64,000 bases of DNA, taken from Bugula neritina. Lineage: Eukaryota > Animalia > Bryozoa. This document shows, in pieces, positions 30,209 to 45,359 of this stretch. Each line of letters starts with the position of its first letter. Within the stretch, counting starts at the first letter, position 1. The notes beneath the pieces were generated by a model. The model saw only the letters and a list, made by a program, of their open reading frames with translations. It searched no databases and was not told the DNA's origin. Position numbers and translations under genes: made by a program. Location of the stretch: the NCBI GenBank assembly GCA_964035545.1, contig OZ037773.1:6043751-6107750 (forward strand), read 5' to 3'.

Positions 30209-33200
30209 TGGTTAATTTAATATAGAAACTAAAAGGATACAATATGAATATATTATAACAAATGTGTGATACAGCTGGCAAAGTAATACAATTCAGGCCA
30301 TTTAATATAATATGATATATTACATAATATAGTACCTCATATAATGTGAAGCAATGTTTAATACAACAACTGGTAGAGTATTACATCTGATATCATTTAA
30401 TTTAATAAAAAATAAAATGATTTAATACCAAAATATAATTGTTGATAAATTGATAAAATTATTTTGTTCCAGGTTTTAAATTTGTTATTAATAAATAAGT
30501 TGTATAATTGTATACTGTATATATAAGATATAGAAATATCTCTGTATATATCTCAATATTGTGGGTATGAAAGGTGTTTTTATAAACCAATAAGTGCATG
30601 TATGAAAACCAAGCACATTTGTGCGAACCTATTTTTGTTAATTCAACTACGGCATATCACAGAAATAATTGTGCATACATTCCCGTTGCTGATACACTCA
30701 TAATTATATTCTCTCAGCCCAGCTAATGTCAAAAGAAAGTATTAGTTATGACGATCTGCCAATTACTGTCACAAGGGAGGCCATGCTAACGGGTGCCATT
30801 TTCTACTGACTCTATAGCCCACGTGAAACACATAGAAATTAAGACTTGATATGCATATAGAGGACTTAATGTCCAGTAACAGATGCTCAGATATTGCTAT
30901 GTTGATATGTCTTATTATTAGTCATTATATTAACAGCTGGTTAGTGTTTAGTAGAGCAGAAAGTTCAATATGTGTACATGAATGCAAGAAATAAACAGTA
31001 CTGTAACCTAATATAACACGATATATTATATTATGGTAAGTTGCAAGATAAAATAACATAGTTGGAGATAATAATAAATCATAACATATTGCAATATAAT
31101 CTGATATACTATAATATAACATATAATATGATATGCTACTGAATGCAATATAATATATAGTAGAGTATATAATGTAGCCTATATAATAATAAGACACAGT
31201 AATGTATTACAATATAATATGATGTACTATAGTACAACATAATATAATACAATGCAATGCAATATAATATAGTATAATATATATAATAATAAAATACGAT
31301 GCATCACAATAACATTTAAAGTTTCATATAACAATATAAAATATTATGTTTTTTTTATACATCTTCAAGAAAATTTTAGACAAGTTTAAAAAAATTATTT
31401 TATTAATATGATACTTGATATGTACTTAACACGCCTATAGAGATGTTACTGTAATGGTGAGGATGAGCTATTAGTACTTTATGCGGTTACTATATACTAT
31501 TATTATTATATTATACCGTATTATATTCTCATAGGTAGAACAATATTTCATACTTATATTATAAAATAATTTGGCAATGCTATATATTTTATTATAATAT
31601 AATGCAATAGTAACATAATATGTTTTAATAATACAACATATTGTGGTAGTGACATATATGCAGAAAATATATAAAATATTTTTAAATTTGCTACGACCAA
31701 ATATGCTACAGAGTGTCTTATGTTATAAAGTGTTATACGCTATAAATTGTGCTATACCTATGCATTATAAAGTAATAATTATAATAGTCTTTTGTTCAAG
31801 CTAAAACGTAATGAAATGTTCTGATTAAAATATTAAGGCAGCAGCTATAAAAAAATCTAAAACTAAAAGCATGCAAAGCGTTAGTTGGTGCACCAATTGA
31901 CTAATAAGAGTCAAGTAAAGTATCTTTTCTGCTTGACTTGTGCCCTGCATTTCCCAAGTCACAGCAACTCCATTATTACGTCTATGTATTGCATAATAAG
32001 CGTATCCCAGCTGGCAGTTTTATGTTTTATTGAATACGATTTAATTAAATCAACTCTATGACTGGCACAGCTTATGTATTCATTTTTCTTAAATATATTC
32101 ATATTGCCCCTCTCAGGTGTCTTTATTACAGGATGTAATCAAGCTCCCTGTTCAGGAAATAGTTTTGATTACCGATTTTGAGATCAATGTTTGACCAGAA
32201 CGATAATATTATGCAAGCTGCTCACAACGGAACAGCAAAACAACTAGACAAGCATCTAATTCTTCCGCTGCTTACGTATAGAAGCTACGTTATGACGTAA
32301 ACAAGAAGTTGGGTGATTCATAAAATAGTTATGCATGGTTGTATTTTACGATCACCTACCAGTAATAACTTAATATATAATTTCTTAAATATAATGAGCT
32401 GACCAAAATAAAGTGTTATAACTTTTAAATGAGTAATGCATTATTCAGTTACAATTGTTTTCTTTTTCTTATTTTTATGACAACAGTAATACAAGCTGTG
32501 AATTATAACAGTGCTTATAATTTACAGCTTTATGCCTTGCACAAGCGTCATGTAAATAGCCTGTGAATATAAGAATTCTATTAACAGACCTCTAATGCTC
32601 ACTAAATACTGGTTCAATATTTGAGCAGAAGATTAAAGAATTATATGCAATTAAATATCAAGTTTAGTGTTTTTAATGTTTTAAATACATGCAGAAATCA
32701 ATAAATCAATATTTACACCAGTTATATAACCTGTATTGTGGTTACATGTAAACCGTGCTTGTACAGAGCAATTGGCATTTTTATAGTCATGATTGTTTAT
32801 AATCAGCAAACTTAATTGCACCAATTTAATAGGAAATATGTTCCTGGTTGTTTTAAGGAAGCTCTGGTTCTCCAACATATGACATCATTGCATGCTTATA
32901 GACTCATTGATTACTCTAAGTTACTAATGGTGGTTTGGTGAAGAAAATTCGCATTTGATAAAATTAAGAACCATTACCAGTAGACTGCTAATACATTTGA
33001 CAGCAGCAAGTTTTGTTGACTTCTTGCATAACTTTACAAAAACTTTGATGTCAATAAGGATAGTTGTTAGATCTGGGAATAGAAACAAAGGGCGGACAAA
33101 GGTTATTTGGCTAAGGGAAGATTAATGGGAATATAGTTAGATAATTTTGGCTATGCGTTAAGACAGCTGCCATAGCATTGTATTATGCTACAGTTTGTAA

Positions 33201-33922
33201 TTTAAACAAACCTTTGCAAAGCATGGCTTGTTGAAACCAGTCCAAAAAGAATGGAAGGCATTAGGATGAAATACATAGATTTTTTACGGAACATTTTAAT
33301 GTAGACAAGCTTTTACATTGTACTACAATTTTATATTTCAAAATTTGTCACCTTAATTTGTACAAATAATTTTCTGATTTGTTTCAAACACTCTATAGTA
33401 TTTAAAATTTTATATCACTTACCATTGGCAGACCTTCATTGGAAACGCGACGGCAAGGAATCTGAACACAGTGGTGGCTAGAACCAGCCAGTTGGAGGCT
33501 ATGGAGAAAGGGTTAGCTGGGAAATACCAGATGTAGTGAAGGACGTGAAAATAGTCTGCGTGATCATCACTCAGGTCTGTGAAGAGTAAAGGAGGAGTTC
33601 TCGTATAAACATTGAGTACGAAGAAGCTAAAGAAAAAAAGAACCATCAGATCCGCCACGCCCATAGCTATTAGGAGATGGTAAGTTGGCGAAATACTTCT
33701 CCTCCTTCGGCGTACCAGCTGAATCAGTACAAACAAGTTCAATATGTTAAATACTATACCAATCAGAGCAATGACTGTTTGTACTATAGCTGTTGCAAAG
33801 AATAATTTTCCTACAGAGTCATCCTGTCCACCGATACTATCTAGTGTGGTGGAGGCGCAATTGTTGAAGGAGTCACATGATGCGTTAGCAGACGTGTTTA
33901 TGGAATTGTTGAAGACCTCCAT
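26464..33922 (-). CDS. Class A GPCR paralogue A (FMRFamide/sex-peptide-receptor-like, 5 exons, ~460 aa)
   Basis: Exons 33423-33922, 29966-30143, 28425-28621, 27343-27504 and 26464-26809 (1383 nt). N-terminus with N-glycosylation sequons, GIVFNILNLFVL (TM1), MGVADL (TM2), SNWLVLATTVFRFLAVAFP (TM3), NIP (TM4), NHAGNIVFYCL (TM7). Confidence 0.88.
27520..27780. repeat. Degenerate 10-bp tandem repeat
   Basis: ACCACATATA/ACCACATGTA units in GPCR-A intron 3. Confidence 0.8.
29190..29675. mobile_element. Degenerate inverted-repeat element (old MITE?)
   Basis: GGGGTCACTGAGTGCAGTAGT..CTGGGGTTT (29194-29230) is mirrored by AAACCCCAGACTACTGCACCCCGTCACCCC (29642-29671). Confidence 0.45.
30155..30207. 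repeat. (TA)n microsatellite
   Basis: Pure TA run about 10 nt from the GPCR-A exon 2 acceptor. Confidence 0.95.
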
Positions 33923-34367
33923 TGTGCTGTAGTCTTGATCCAGTGCTCTTAAATGACAGTGCTGGTAGATATCAGCTGCATTCCTTGCCAAGATGAAGAG
34001 CTGAAGTAAGAAGAAAAAACAAACATTAAAATACTATCATCTGGCTGTCAAATAACTCCCTGGTATCGGTCACATGACTTCCTGCCACAAGTTGCTGCTA
34101 TACTCTAGAGACTGAGCATTGAAATATGCTTAAGAAATATCACAGGAGTTTAAATTGATTATTCGTCAAGTCAAGTCAAGTCAAGTCACATTTTTGTTTA
34201 CCCATCATTGAAGTTGTTATGGATAGTAATAATTATGGCCTAGTTGCAGCAGCCCACCTATAAAGTCTTATATTAGAGCATAGTTTCACTCAACTCATCT
34301 TTCTTATTGAAATAATAGCATTGTTTTAAACTTTAAAGTCTATGATAGTCATTATTTTGTACATTAA

Positions 34368-34745
34368 GGTTTGGCCACACACTCGTGAAAATCACACAAA
34401 ATTTGTGTGAATATTGTGGTGAGTTATCCTCTCGTTATGACCAGCTACACGCTTGTACTTGGTCAAAACACACAATAGTCAGTGAATGGGTCTTGCACAA
34501 GATAAAAATAGCAGAAGATTGCCAATCACAGAAACGTGGTAAAAATGAAATAATTACTGTTGCTAAAATGCTATTGACCAATCAAGTTGTGCTTATCATC
34601 AATTGCACTCTTTCGTCCATCGCCTTTGGTGGGTGCATCCAGCAAACACGATTTCGTATGAATTATTTCAAATTTGATCGTATGTCGTGTGTTTTTGTGT
34701 AAAATAGATGATTTCGTGTGATTCTTATGAGTGTGTGGCCAGGCC
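34368..34745. mobile_element. PIF/Harbinger-type (Tourist-like) MITE
   Basis: TIRs GGTTTGGCCACACACTCGTGAAAATCACAC and GTGTGATTCTTATGAGTGTGTGGCCAGGCC, flanked by TAA and TCA (imperfect 3-bp TSD). Confidence 0.7.
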
Positions 34746-37700
34746 TCAAGTGTACAAACACCAAATCGTCTTACCACAGCTGCTATGAGATGTTTCTTTA
34801 CCTGCTACTACTACAGTAGATATATTTTATATTCCCACCTGCATGCCTACAGCAATAAACTATTCCTACACATTATATGTGTAGCAGTGTGCTACTTAGA
34901 GAGTTACTAGAATTTACCCCAAGACATTCAGATCATATGTTTTGTTAGAGTCATTATATACCCATATCTATAGAATTTATGGCATGAGTAGAAAATCATC
35001 AAAATAACCCTGCTATTTCAAGTAATGATTATTGTCAGCTCCTCCCCTTCTTCTAGTGCACTCCCTTGGTAATTTATTATTTTATTTCATACTTTATTTA
35101 GTAAGAACAATGATTTATAGACTAAACCTTTTCAATTTTCTAGTATATTTTATTTAACAATACAAAGCAATCTCTATCCTATCTATGGAATAAAAGTTGA
35201 TGGATACAGCCACTCCTTTACAGTGTATATATGTGATCTATAACTGTTAATATACTACAAACATGCCAACACAAAAAATAGCAGCTTTTGTTTGTTAATG
35301 CACATACAATAACATGGATATAGCAATCACTACTGCGCCTTGTCTGTGTGCCCTGCATTCCAACATCAAAAGTGGTTGTAATTTATAATAGTACTATACT
35401 ATTCCATTATTTCTAGTTTGACTACTATTAGTAACTCACTTGTTTAATTATTAGTTTCACTACTATTGCAAGTGTTTGACTGCATGTGATGCTGCAGTTT
35501 TATCCTCATCAGTTCTACCAACAGTAGCTTTACTAAGCTGTACCAACTATTAGGTTAAATAGGGTGGCTATAACTGAAGCCCCGAATAGAAAATTCGAAA
35601 TTAATGGGACTTTATTAAAAGAAAAAATATGTCTTCAGACAAATTCTTCTGACAATAGAGCTATCAGAATCTCAATGTGATCACATGTTTATAAACTTGT
35701 AACAGAATATCTGTTTATATGCATAATAAATTGTTTATTTATATGTATGATATATTATTATGTATAGTTATATGTAGAATATAACAGATTGCTTATTTAT
35801 ATACCTACTTGTATATAGTATATTATAATGTATAGGTTGTTCATTTTTATATATATAATGGGTTGTTTATTTATATATGCATAATATAAAGTTTTTATAT
35901 ATAGTATTATAATAGGTTGTTTGTTTTTATATATGATAGGTTGCTTATTCGAATTATGTATGATATAATGTCTATTTGAAAATATGAGGTGTTTTTTTAC
36001 ATCATATTTATTATATAATAGTAGTTTGTTTATTTTCCAGCTCAGGTATTTCCCTTCTATCGATTGCAGGACCGACAACTCATAAAAACATTTAAACAAA
36101 CTTTTTCCTTTCCAAAAATCACACTCTAATTCATAAAAAATGTATGAACCTAGTCTCTTATATAACCTTAAATATTATTGAATTCATGGAAACTGTCAAC
36201 CCTTTCCTTTTATACAATAGGAAATACTGCATACCATCAAATATGCCTAAAACAATAGCAAACTCTAGTATGTTTGTTTTTAGAGAAAGTATAAAGGTTA
36301 GGGTGTTTTGAGTGCTTGCAGGCAGCATTTAGTACACAAAGTAAGACAGCAAGTTGCCCTTAAATAGCTGATGGTAACATTTGCTTGTTTAGAGAAAGAG
36401 TAATAAATTCAAAAGATGATTACTGGGTAAGCTAGCAACTATTGGTGAAAAACTCTCTGTACTAAAAACAGTATTAGTAAGCAATAAATTGTGAGCAATA
36501 AATTAATTGTTATAAATGATTTAGTTATAGTAGGAGATGCCCATTGGCTATCATTAGTTTATGTTATTTCTTGGTGCTGTACATTAAATTAATTACCCAA
36601 TACAACGATTAGTACAATACAGCAAATTATCATAAATATAAGGGGTCTATAAACCTGCAGGTATTATGAACATAATGTTTACATTGAACTGCCGTACAGT
36701 ATAACAGCTATTAGAAAAGACAATCATCTTAATCATGCCTATCCAATAAATTTATTATCTTGTATCATTTTGTAACGTTCGCAACCACCTTTATCTACTA
36801 CATCAAACTCCATCATATACGATACCAATATTATGCTGTGTTTGAATGAACAAGTTCAAATTAAATTACAGCTTCGATTTAACGATTAAAGCAAAATATA
36901 ATACCTTCTGTATATCATTTTGTAGCATAGTACTAATTTGCATTGTGTTATATTATTGCCTTACGTTATAATATAATATTATATTTGATCGCTCTGTAAT
37001 ATACTTGCTCATTCCTTAAGTGAGTTATTATGACGTTGAAGTTTGTATTTAGTGTATATTGATGTTTCCTAATTTTGTTTTGCCTCTCCCATTTTTCTCC
37101 TTTTAGCAATATTAAACTTTCTAATATGCACTGATTTTACAGCATGAGATAACTGCCAGTTTTAAGAGAAATATTTATAGCTTGTCATAACTATAGACAA
37201 TTTGCAGCACCTTGCAGATATGCTTCCAAGTGTGTAGTTTTTATGCAGCCATCTGCATAATTTAAAGATATGCAATATTATCAACTGCTATAGTATGATG
37301 GAGTAGTGCTGTAATTAGAACTAATGTGGAATTAATCACATCATGGGGTTTATTTCCAATCCACATGATAGTACTCAGATGGCATCCTACAGCTGTCAAG
37401 TAATGACAGGTGTGTCAGGTTCTCCTGTCACACTCTCAAAGAGTGTCAGGCTCAAGTCCTGTTGAATGTATTACTCCACACTACCATATATTCACTGATA
37501 GCAACATATCCAACTCCCAATGGAACTGCTCAACACAGACAAACTGATTCAATAAATAATAGGTGCAAGAGTTGAATTTAGAACTTGTGCATTGTAATAA
37601 TATAATTTCATACATTCCTACATCAAATAATAACATGATGGTACAAAATTTCATCTGACATTTTCCTTGTCACTAAAAAACTTGTCATATAGGAGGTAGA

Positions 37701-37995
37701 GAGGGGTGAATTAAGCTGGCCATTAACAGCAATGAGAGCATGAATGGCAAACAATAATGAGTTTTCACGCTCAAGCCCAACCATGTTGAGTTTTCACCCT
37801 CAAGCCCACCTACGTTGAGTTAGTCACAAAGGATATTTGAAGCATAAGAAGTCATCTGTCCACAATACAAATCTATCATTCTCAAACTAAAATACTCATC
37901 TGCACTAAACAGTCTGCACTGTTGTGTCTCACAGAGTAGAACATAACTTCAGTTTGGGTAATTTTATAGTAATCATGAGGAAAGCCCCGACAGAA

Positions 37996-38143
37996 AGGTT
38001 TTTTTTGTTAAATCGGGTTAAGGACTTATTCAGATGGGGCACAGGAGCAATTATGACTGGATGCTCTTCCTAACATGACCAATGGCCTTTGTAGGGGTTC
38101 GAACCCATGACTTCGTGCTTACTAGGCAAACGCTCTAACCCCT
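37996..38143 (-). mobile_element. tRNA-derived SINE
   Basis: B box GGGTTCGAACCC and partial A box AGGGGTTAGAGCG. The body GGCACAGGAGCAATTATGACT is shared with the 20838 copy. Confidence 0.75.
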
Positions 38144-38789
38144 AATGATATTTTTATATGACAATAATGATAAACATTAAAATGATAACTTATAAGTTAA
38201 AAGGTTTATTGCCTCAAAAGATTTTAAACGACTATAACAATCAATCATTTCACTCTATTTGCAAGCAAAAGCTGAATTTGGATTCAAAGACTTGTTTGCT
38301 TTATTATATTTTCAAGAACACTTTTTCCCTTTGGAGTTGTGTAACAGCTTAAAACATCCCATTTTTCATCACCCACCCCTGCAAGTAATTTTTTCCTGCA
38401 ATTTAAAAATGTCTTCGGTATTCAAATTGTGCAGCTGCTGTATCTTGTCAAATAATTTTGACACGCGAAGCACTGATCATTGCAAATTTTTACCTGCTGG
38501 CTACTTTTTAGGTCAGTTCTACGTCTGCATTGCAATCAGTTGCAACATGCAGCTCTGAAGTTATTATTGTCAACTACTGATATTTATTTAATAAATCCAA
38601 GGCAGTATAAATCAAAGACAGCATAATATCTCTTTAGCTCAGTTACGGATAAAGGTTTCACCTTAATGCATGAAGTGGTGTAATTAAAACAACCATGGGT
38701 TCACATTTTATTCATTAGGTAACGACAAAACTCAGTTTTTAAACAAACAGTAAAAAAGTTTATACTATGTAGCTGATACTTCTGTTTAA

Positions 38790-39020
38790 GATGTATAATG
38801 TATATTGTATAGTGTATAATGTATAATGTACATATAGTGTATAATGTATGGTGTATAATGTATACTGTATATATAGTGTATAATGTATACTGTATATATA
38901 GTGTATAATGTATAATGTATAGGTAGTGTATAGTGTATAATGTATAGTGTATAGCGTATAATGCATAGTGTATAGTGTGTAGTGTGTAGTGTATAATGTA
39001 TAATGTATAGTATATATAGT
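38790..39020. repeat. 7-bp tandem repeat (TGTATAG/TGTATAA)
   Basis: Visible heptamer array. Confidence 0.85.
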
Positions 39021-41899
39021 AGGCTATATATGAAATTCTACTTACTTGATCCTAAAATTGTTTCACGGATTTTTCAGCAGAATATTATCCAAGTCTCAAG
39101 TTAGTTAATAAAGTGATGTATATTACAGAACATTACAGAACATATTACAGAACAACACACTCAATTAGATTATATTTCGTATGCCAATGTGTAAGCAGTG
39201 TATCTCGGGCTGTAGTTGTAATGTGTGATGTGTAACCTGCTACTTACAAAGAATGGAATGCAACCAACTAACACCTGAGATTTTTACCTGCACTTGATTT
39301 TATAGAGCTATAAATAGACTGAGTAAATATTACACCGCAGGTAGCCACTGCATTCTTTATTACGTAGCTTAGAAATATGTAACACCAGGGCAATACTATT
39401 GGTCTATATTATATGCCATGCTGCTAGATTTCTAAACGCATGTTTGTGTGAACTTTAATCACATGCATATAATTTGAATAATCTATTGAGACAGAGCACC
39501 ATGTATATGTACTGCATCTTTATTCAATCCACTTCAATTAAGTGAAAAGATAATACTATATAAAAGGAATAATTATTGATTATAACACTAGCTAATTATT
39601 TTATTAGTTATATGAACTGTTGAATTAAACTGGACTATATTATACAGGATGTGCTCACAGAGATATAGATTTTATCTCGGTGTATGTTATCAATGTGCGT
39701 AATCTCAGATGATTCAAAGCGTTTTAATAGACTAGGATCGATATTGTATTAGAACACATTAGATTCACCCATAACAAGTCTACCATAAACATTACATAAT
39801 ATTTAGGTATCTTGTCATATAACTTGTAAATATTTAATATGTATAAAATGTCCAGGTCAAAAATGGCTAGAATTTATCCTTTTAGTAACTAGTGTAGACT
39901 TAATAATTGAATATTTTGCAAGCTTACACTATGAAACTTATATGCTAAGCGGTCATGATTGTTTCATTTAAAGCAGCTGAAAGTAGATGTTATGTGGTAA
40001 TTAGGGGGTTATATTAGTTTCCACTTGTTGTCTGCTCATAATTACAGGAATGAACTTGTAAAAATATCATATTTTATTATTTTATTACACTATACATATA
40101 TTACACTGTATTATATTATATTACTATATGTTACATAGTATTATACTACATTGTGTTATGTTATACTGAATTATAGTATATTATATTATGCTGTATGGCG
40201 TATTATTGCACTATGTTATATTCTATATTTTTTTAATATATTGTATTACATTATTTTGAGATTTATTGCATTTATATTATATTATATTGCAAGTCTAAAG
40301 CAGGTCTCATTTCTAGAATGTGCACAGTTTGAGTCATTTCATAAGATGCACTACCTTACTCATATTGCTTTATAAGTATAAGTTTGTTTGAGTGACAAAC
40401 CAATCTTTATGCCACAAGCAATGCTAAAGTATTATTGCCCACTGAAGCATGGCTCAAATAAATGAACAAAATAATGAAGATATTGAATACCGCAAATCAG
40501 TTATCTCCCCTGTAAGTTAATGGCTTTCTGATCAGTTAAATGAGTTGATAAAGAGCAATAGCTTTACAAAAAAAAACATAAAGCTAGGAGATGTATGAGA
40601 TCATGTATTGGGTGCAAACTGATATCAACAACATGACAATATATGATGTAAGATTTGTTGCAGACAACTAAATGGAGAGAGAGGACAACTCTCAATTCTA
40701 GGTTGAAAAGTAACCTTGCTCAGTGTTTGAGTTTTATGTCAGCATTATAATTATATTATTACAGGAAGTGTTAATATTCAGACTTGGTCATTGTGTGTTT
40801 TAATTTTAAAATCTGATAAATTTATATAATTATTTTATTAATTACTGTTTTTTCTGCATTTAAAGAGTTGTAATAAAAACATAATTATCATACATATAAA
40901 TTTATACCCTATTATATTTATAACTTATGAAATGCTGTTCATTTCAACCAACTTCCATCATCTTCATATCTCAGGGTTCAAAAGGTTGTCCAATGTGAAA
41001 AGAGCACACAACTCTTTCAACTTGATTAACAATGATTATAAGGAGTTGCTTTCTCATGGCTATAATAAAGCATACATAGCTGTTAGATAACTCCAATATA
41101 ACTTTGAAAATCATCTTAAGCCTTAGCCAATACTTATAAAAACTCCAATATAAGTAGTTACAGTGTACTGCAATTAATAACGCACCTGGGGCTTGTTCAA
41201 GTAACATAAGAACTGGTTGCGTAATATCTTAATTTTACTGGATACCATAATTGTTAATATTTCAGCAGTAAACTGTGAGCAATGTATTTTTTATTATAAT
41301 GTAGGCCTGCATATTGAATATACTTGTGGTTAGAACTAAATTTGACAATACAAACTAATATATTATAATATAGCAGAGTTAATACAGTTTATGGTATTTT
41401 GAGGTAATTAATATCAGCTTCTGCGCAACTCTACGACTTTTTAGCTGATGAAGCACTATTCTTAGATTTACCTGCACGAGTTCACTTAAAAGTTTCACTT
41501 TAACTTTGAGTCCTTAATGGTAAACTCTAAGAACTTTATTATTAGCCATTTCAATAAGTGAAATTCAAACGACCTTTCTGCATTAGTTTTGGGTCATATA
41601 TTTGTTATGGAAGGATAAATTAACTTTCAGAAGAGCGTGCTATATAGAGAAATTGAATGTATCATAATGTATATCATATTTGCCACCAGCTTTAAAAAAT
41701 CAACATCAGTATTATTTTGTGTAAAATGTCCATAGCAATTTGTATTCAAGCCACATGACATTGTAGCAACACAAACACAAATTCTATAGCTGCAGTATTT
41801 TTAAAAGGCCAAATACAATAAAATATAACTCACCTGAAGAGTTATATTTCATTAGTTAAATATTTAATCAGAAAAATATTTGTTTGCTGCAAGGCAACA

Positions 41900-42076
41900 G
41901 GAAAAACCCAACTCAACAAAATTCCAATTCATAGGGAAATGCTATTAGACCCGCCCACTTGAACAGTTCAGCCTGCCCACTCAGATGTCAATCAGCAAAA
42001 GTAGTATAAAAAGAGAGACTTGCAGGTGCAGCATACATCTGGATGCTAGAGATTGGTGAAAACAGAAACTGAAACT
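41900..42076 (+). promoter_or_regulatory. Pol II promoter of orphan gene copy 1
   Basis: GGAAAAACCC (41900), GC-box-like CCGCCC (~41951), TATAAAAA (42005) and GAAACTGAAACT (42065), followed by a GTGAG donor at 42111. The same order is kept in copy 2. Confidence 0.65.
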
Positions 42077-42087
42077 CAGAGTCAAGC

Positions 42088-44712
42088 ATGGATCATTATG
42101 ATCATGCTGGGTGAGAGTTAGCTGCAACATGTTATATAGGGTTATATTATTATTAATATATATAATTATGTATTACTGTATGGTTTCTATATATATGTTA
42201 TTAGATTCTTATATAATGTGTACTATTGCATGGCTATATAAAAGCTTAGCTTTGTATGTCTCATTATACTATGTATAGTCGTATGTATGAGCTTCAATGC
42301 GGAATATAGATAAGGTATTGCTTTGCTTAATTGTGTTATTTTGTTGAATTTTAAAAGACAACTCTGCATAAGTTGTAGATGTATAGCAAAATGTTCTGTA
42401 ATTTTTTCTTCTATAGCTTGTAATAGATATTTTTATAAAGTTGATTACTAAATCACATGGGTCCATATGAAAGAATGCTTTTATGCCTAACTTATTTTAT
42501 ATTCTCTAGCCCTTATGACAGTATCTCTTTAAAAATGTGATTTTTAATACCTACTGATTGTTTTACAGATTCAAATTCCACCGCAAGAGAAAAAAAAGCA
42601 TTTGGAAAAAATGAAAACATTTGAAAGGTAAATACATTTAACTACCTTAGTTTGAAAAACTGTGCGGAAGTTTTTTTTAACTTTTCAAACCTTTCAAACC
42701 TTTCAAACCTTTCAAACCTCAAACTCAATGTATACTTTACAATTGTCACTTATAAATACATGCATGGGTGCCAAATATGATAGCTAAATAGAATTGCTAC
42801 ACTATTTCAAGTTCGGTTCAAATTTTACAATTTTTTCAAAGAACCGTTTATATTTGTTTAAAAAGACACTCCCTTGTGTCAGGAGAAGACAATACTCGTG
42901 CACTGCTGAGCATTGTGAAAACTAGCCAAACGTGACAGTTAATAATTATAATATATGATATTTGAGGAAAGTTATTTTTGTTAATTTGCAAATTTGATAT
43001 ACAAGGAATTTTTTCTCAGCTATGTTTGACTTTATTATATAATTTGTAGACCACAGCTTGAAAAAATATAAAAATAGCTGCTAATACACATACTATTGTA
43101 TAGCTGATACAAAGTGCTGCTTCACTACTGTATAACGTATATAATATGCATTGCTCAGCCAACAATATACAATTATTTGGAAATATTTCGTGTGTTTTAT
43201 TATAGAGACAGAAACAGTCTTGCTACTTTTGAAGAAGCTGGACTTGATGTCTATCCCATAATGAAAGGTTTTGACATGTCAGTAGTTACTCACACAGTCA
43301 TCTCCTTATTGTTCTGGTTAGCGTCTGCCATTCATGCAAAGGTGATTCAATACCTCGGCTGGTTTGTTAGTCCTTGCATGATGCAAACAGACAAACTTCT
43401 AATAAGATATTTTATGTCTACACCCTCATCATCTGATGATGTGATTATAATATGCACCAATAGTGCCGCTTATCATACTTCAAAAGGTGAAAGAGAAAGT
43501 AGAAGCCAGTTTAGTTTCTGTGCTTTACCACAGTTGCTATATACATGCCTGATGAGCCTAGTACTTTTAAATGAATTATTTTTGAGTGGTGGCTTTCAGA
43601 ATACTATGAGCTATAGTTTTGAAACTGTAAAGCTAACGGAAATGTTAGGATCAAAGTTTCAAGATTTGTGCTACCGTAATGTTGGAGCTATAAGGCAATA
43701 TTTGTCATTATACTCCTGTTACAATCCTTACTACAAGAAGTCATTGCACGGCTGTATGATGCTAGCGATGTGCTACTGGTTGTTAAGTAAACAAATAATT
43801 TGTAGTTTGAGAAATAACAACTTGCATGTTTCGTAGATATGACCAAGTTGATTCTAAAAAATGCCAAATCTTGAACATAAAGTTAAACTTTTTATTAGAT
43901 TTGGATAAAAACTTTAATGAAAATGTTTACAAAAATTTTGATGTAGGCTTATTTATAATAGGTGAAACATTGAAAATCAATGAAAACTGTCAATCTTTTC
44001 GTAATTTTGTTAATAATCAAGTTTCTTTAGCGAAGCTTGATATTAATAAATGCGGAACCAATAAAATATCATCGCAAAGTTGTTATAAAAAATTCTCTGG
44101 TCAAGTGAATAAATATGACGAGCTTGTGAAATGCGATGCTGAATCAATTGCTTCATATCATGAGTCCGACAAGGCAATCTTTTATGGAAATATTGAAGAA
44201 AAAATTGATGTAAGTCTGAACAATATGTTTGACTTGCTGAAAATGAATGAAAGTTGTCCACATGTTAATGTTGTGATTCAAGTTTCTATAAAGAAAATTT
44301 TGTTAAAACTAATTGTGGCATCACTAAAAGATCACAGAATTTTTACAAACAGAGTTATGAGAAGTCTCAGGATCAGGTGAAAAATTCTGATGAATATTTG
44401 ATTTTTGATGTTGAGTTAAATCTTAATTGGATCAAAAGAATTTATGCATGCATGGCAATCTTCAATGACAACATTCGAAAGATTGTTGATGTAGGTTCAG
44501 GAAATATTTTTGACTTTCTGAACGATAGTCAAACGCGTCAATTTAATTCCGTTTATAAGAATTCTGAAATGAAGTTGTTTGAAAATAATTTTGAGACCCC
44601 TGGCAAGTTGCAGAAGTGTTGGGGATATGATAGTTTGTATAATAGCCATCTGAATCTATCTGATAGATATCATACTAGTACTATGAAGTTGTTTGTTAAG
44701 ATCAGGTTTTGA
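42088..44712 (+). pseudogene. Orphan gene copy 1: spliced micro-ORF, hydrophobic ORF, then frameshifted ~86-95-aa repeat region
   Basis: Exon 1 ends at 42110, exon 2 is 42569-42627, exon 3 starts at 43206. ATG 42611 (MKTFER) splices in phase into the ORF ending 43836. ORFs 43826-44380 and 44377-44712 carry diverged copies of the repeat seen at 48683-49209. No recognisable domain. Gene versus pseudogene status is unresolved. Confidence 0.5.
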
Positions 44713-45359
44713 ATATTTTCTACTTAATTGTATAATGTATGATTTTATGTTGTAATATTTTGTTTTAAGCTATCTCTAATGCTTAATGGTTAATGCGAAT
44801 AAAATATATTGTATTTTTGTGTAAAAGACTTTTGTTCTGTAAGTTGCAATTGTAAAGTTTTAATTTTCACAAAAATAAAATGCTTCATCTGAATTTCTAC
44901 TATGATAAAATATATGTTCAGAGAGCTGGTCTGGTTATCAATGCAGTATATTGTTGTGACAATATTAATTCTGTAAGTCACAGTTATATTTAGTATAATA
45001 TGTTGTTCTGTGATTACTATATGCACCTGCATGTAATGCTTTTAACAAAGTTAAAAATTGACAGCATGCCAAAAAGTTTTAAATGATAGAGAGAAATTAG
45101 TATTGAAAAGCAATGAAAACTTACGCAGTGTCATGGAACACAGTTCTACAATTATCTAGTACATTTGTGTAGTTGAAACTAATCAGACTGACTGAGCAAA
45201 CAGCAACTGAGAGAACTCTTTACCTATATAGTAGGCTCTTCAACTGTGTAGAATAAGTACACTGCATTATATGCACAAAACTTTGTTGAGATTTCATTAC
45301 TCACTGGCCACAGCTACAAAATATGTTGCATAAAATAATAAATTTGCATCACCACACTA

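Noticed and set aside
35470-35525. Hammerhead-like CTGATGA with a TGCA..TGCA-GTC helix on the minus strand
   Set aside because: No GAAA core, no stem II and no stem I complementarity.
43206-43836. SEFIR/TIR-like assignment from GLDV and DDVIIICT
   Set aside because: Resemblance too weak to support by eye. It needs HHpred or structure prediction.
43826-44712. Prokaryote/virus-like operon of overlapping ORFs
   Set aside because: The repeat homology continues across the 44377 boundary (SYEKSQDQVKNSDE versus CYKKFSGQVNKYDE), which indicates a frameshift in one ancestral ORF.
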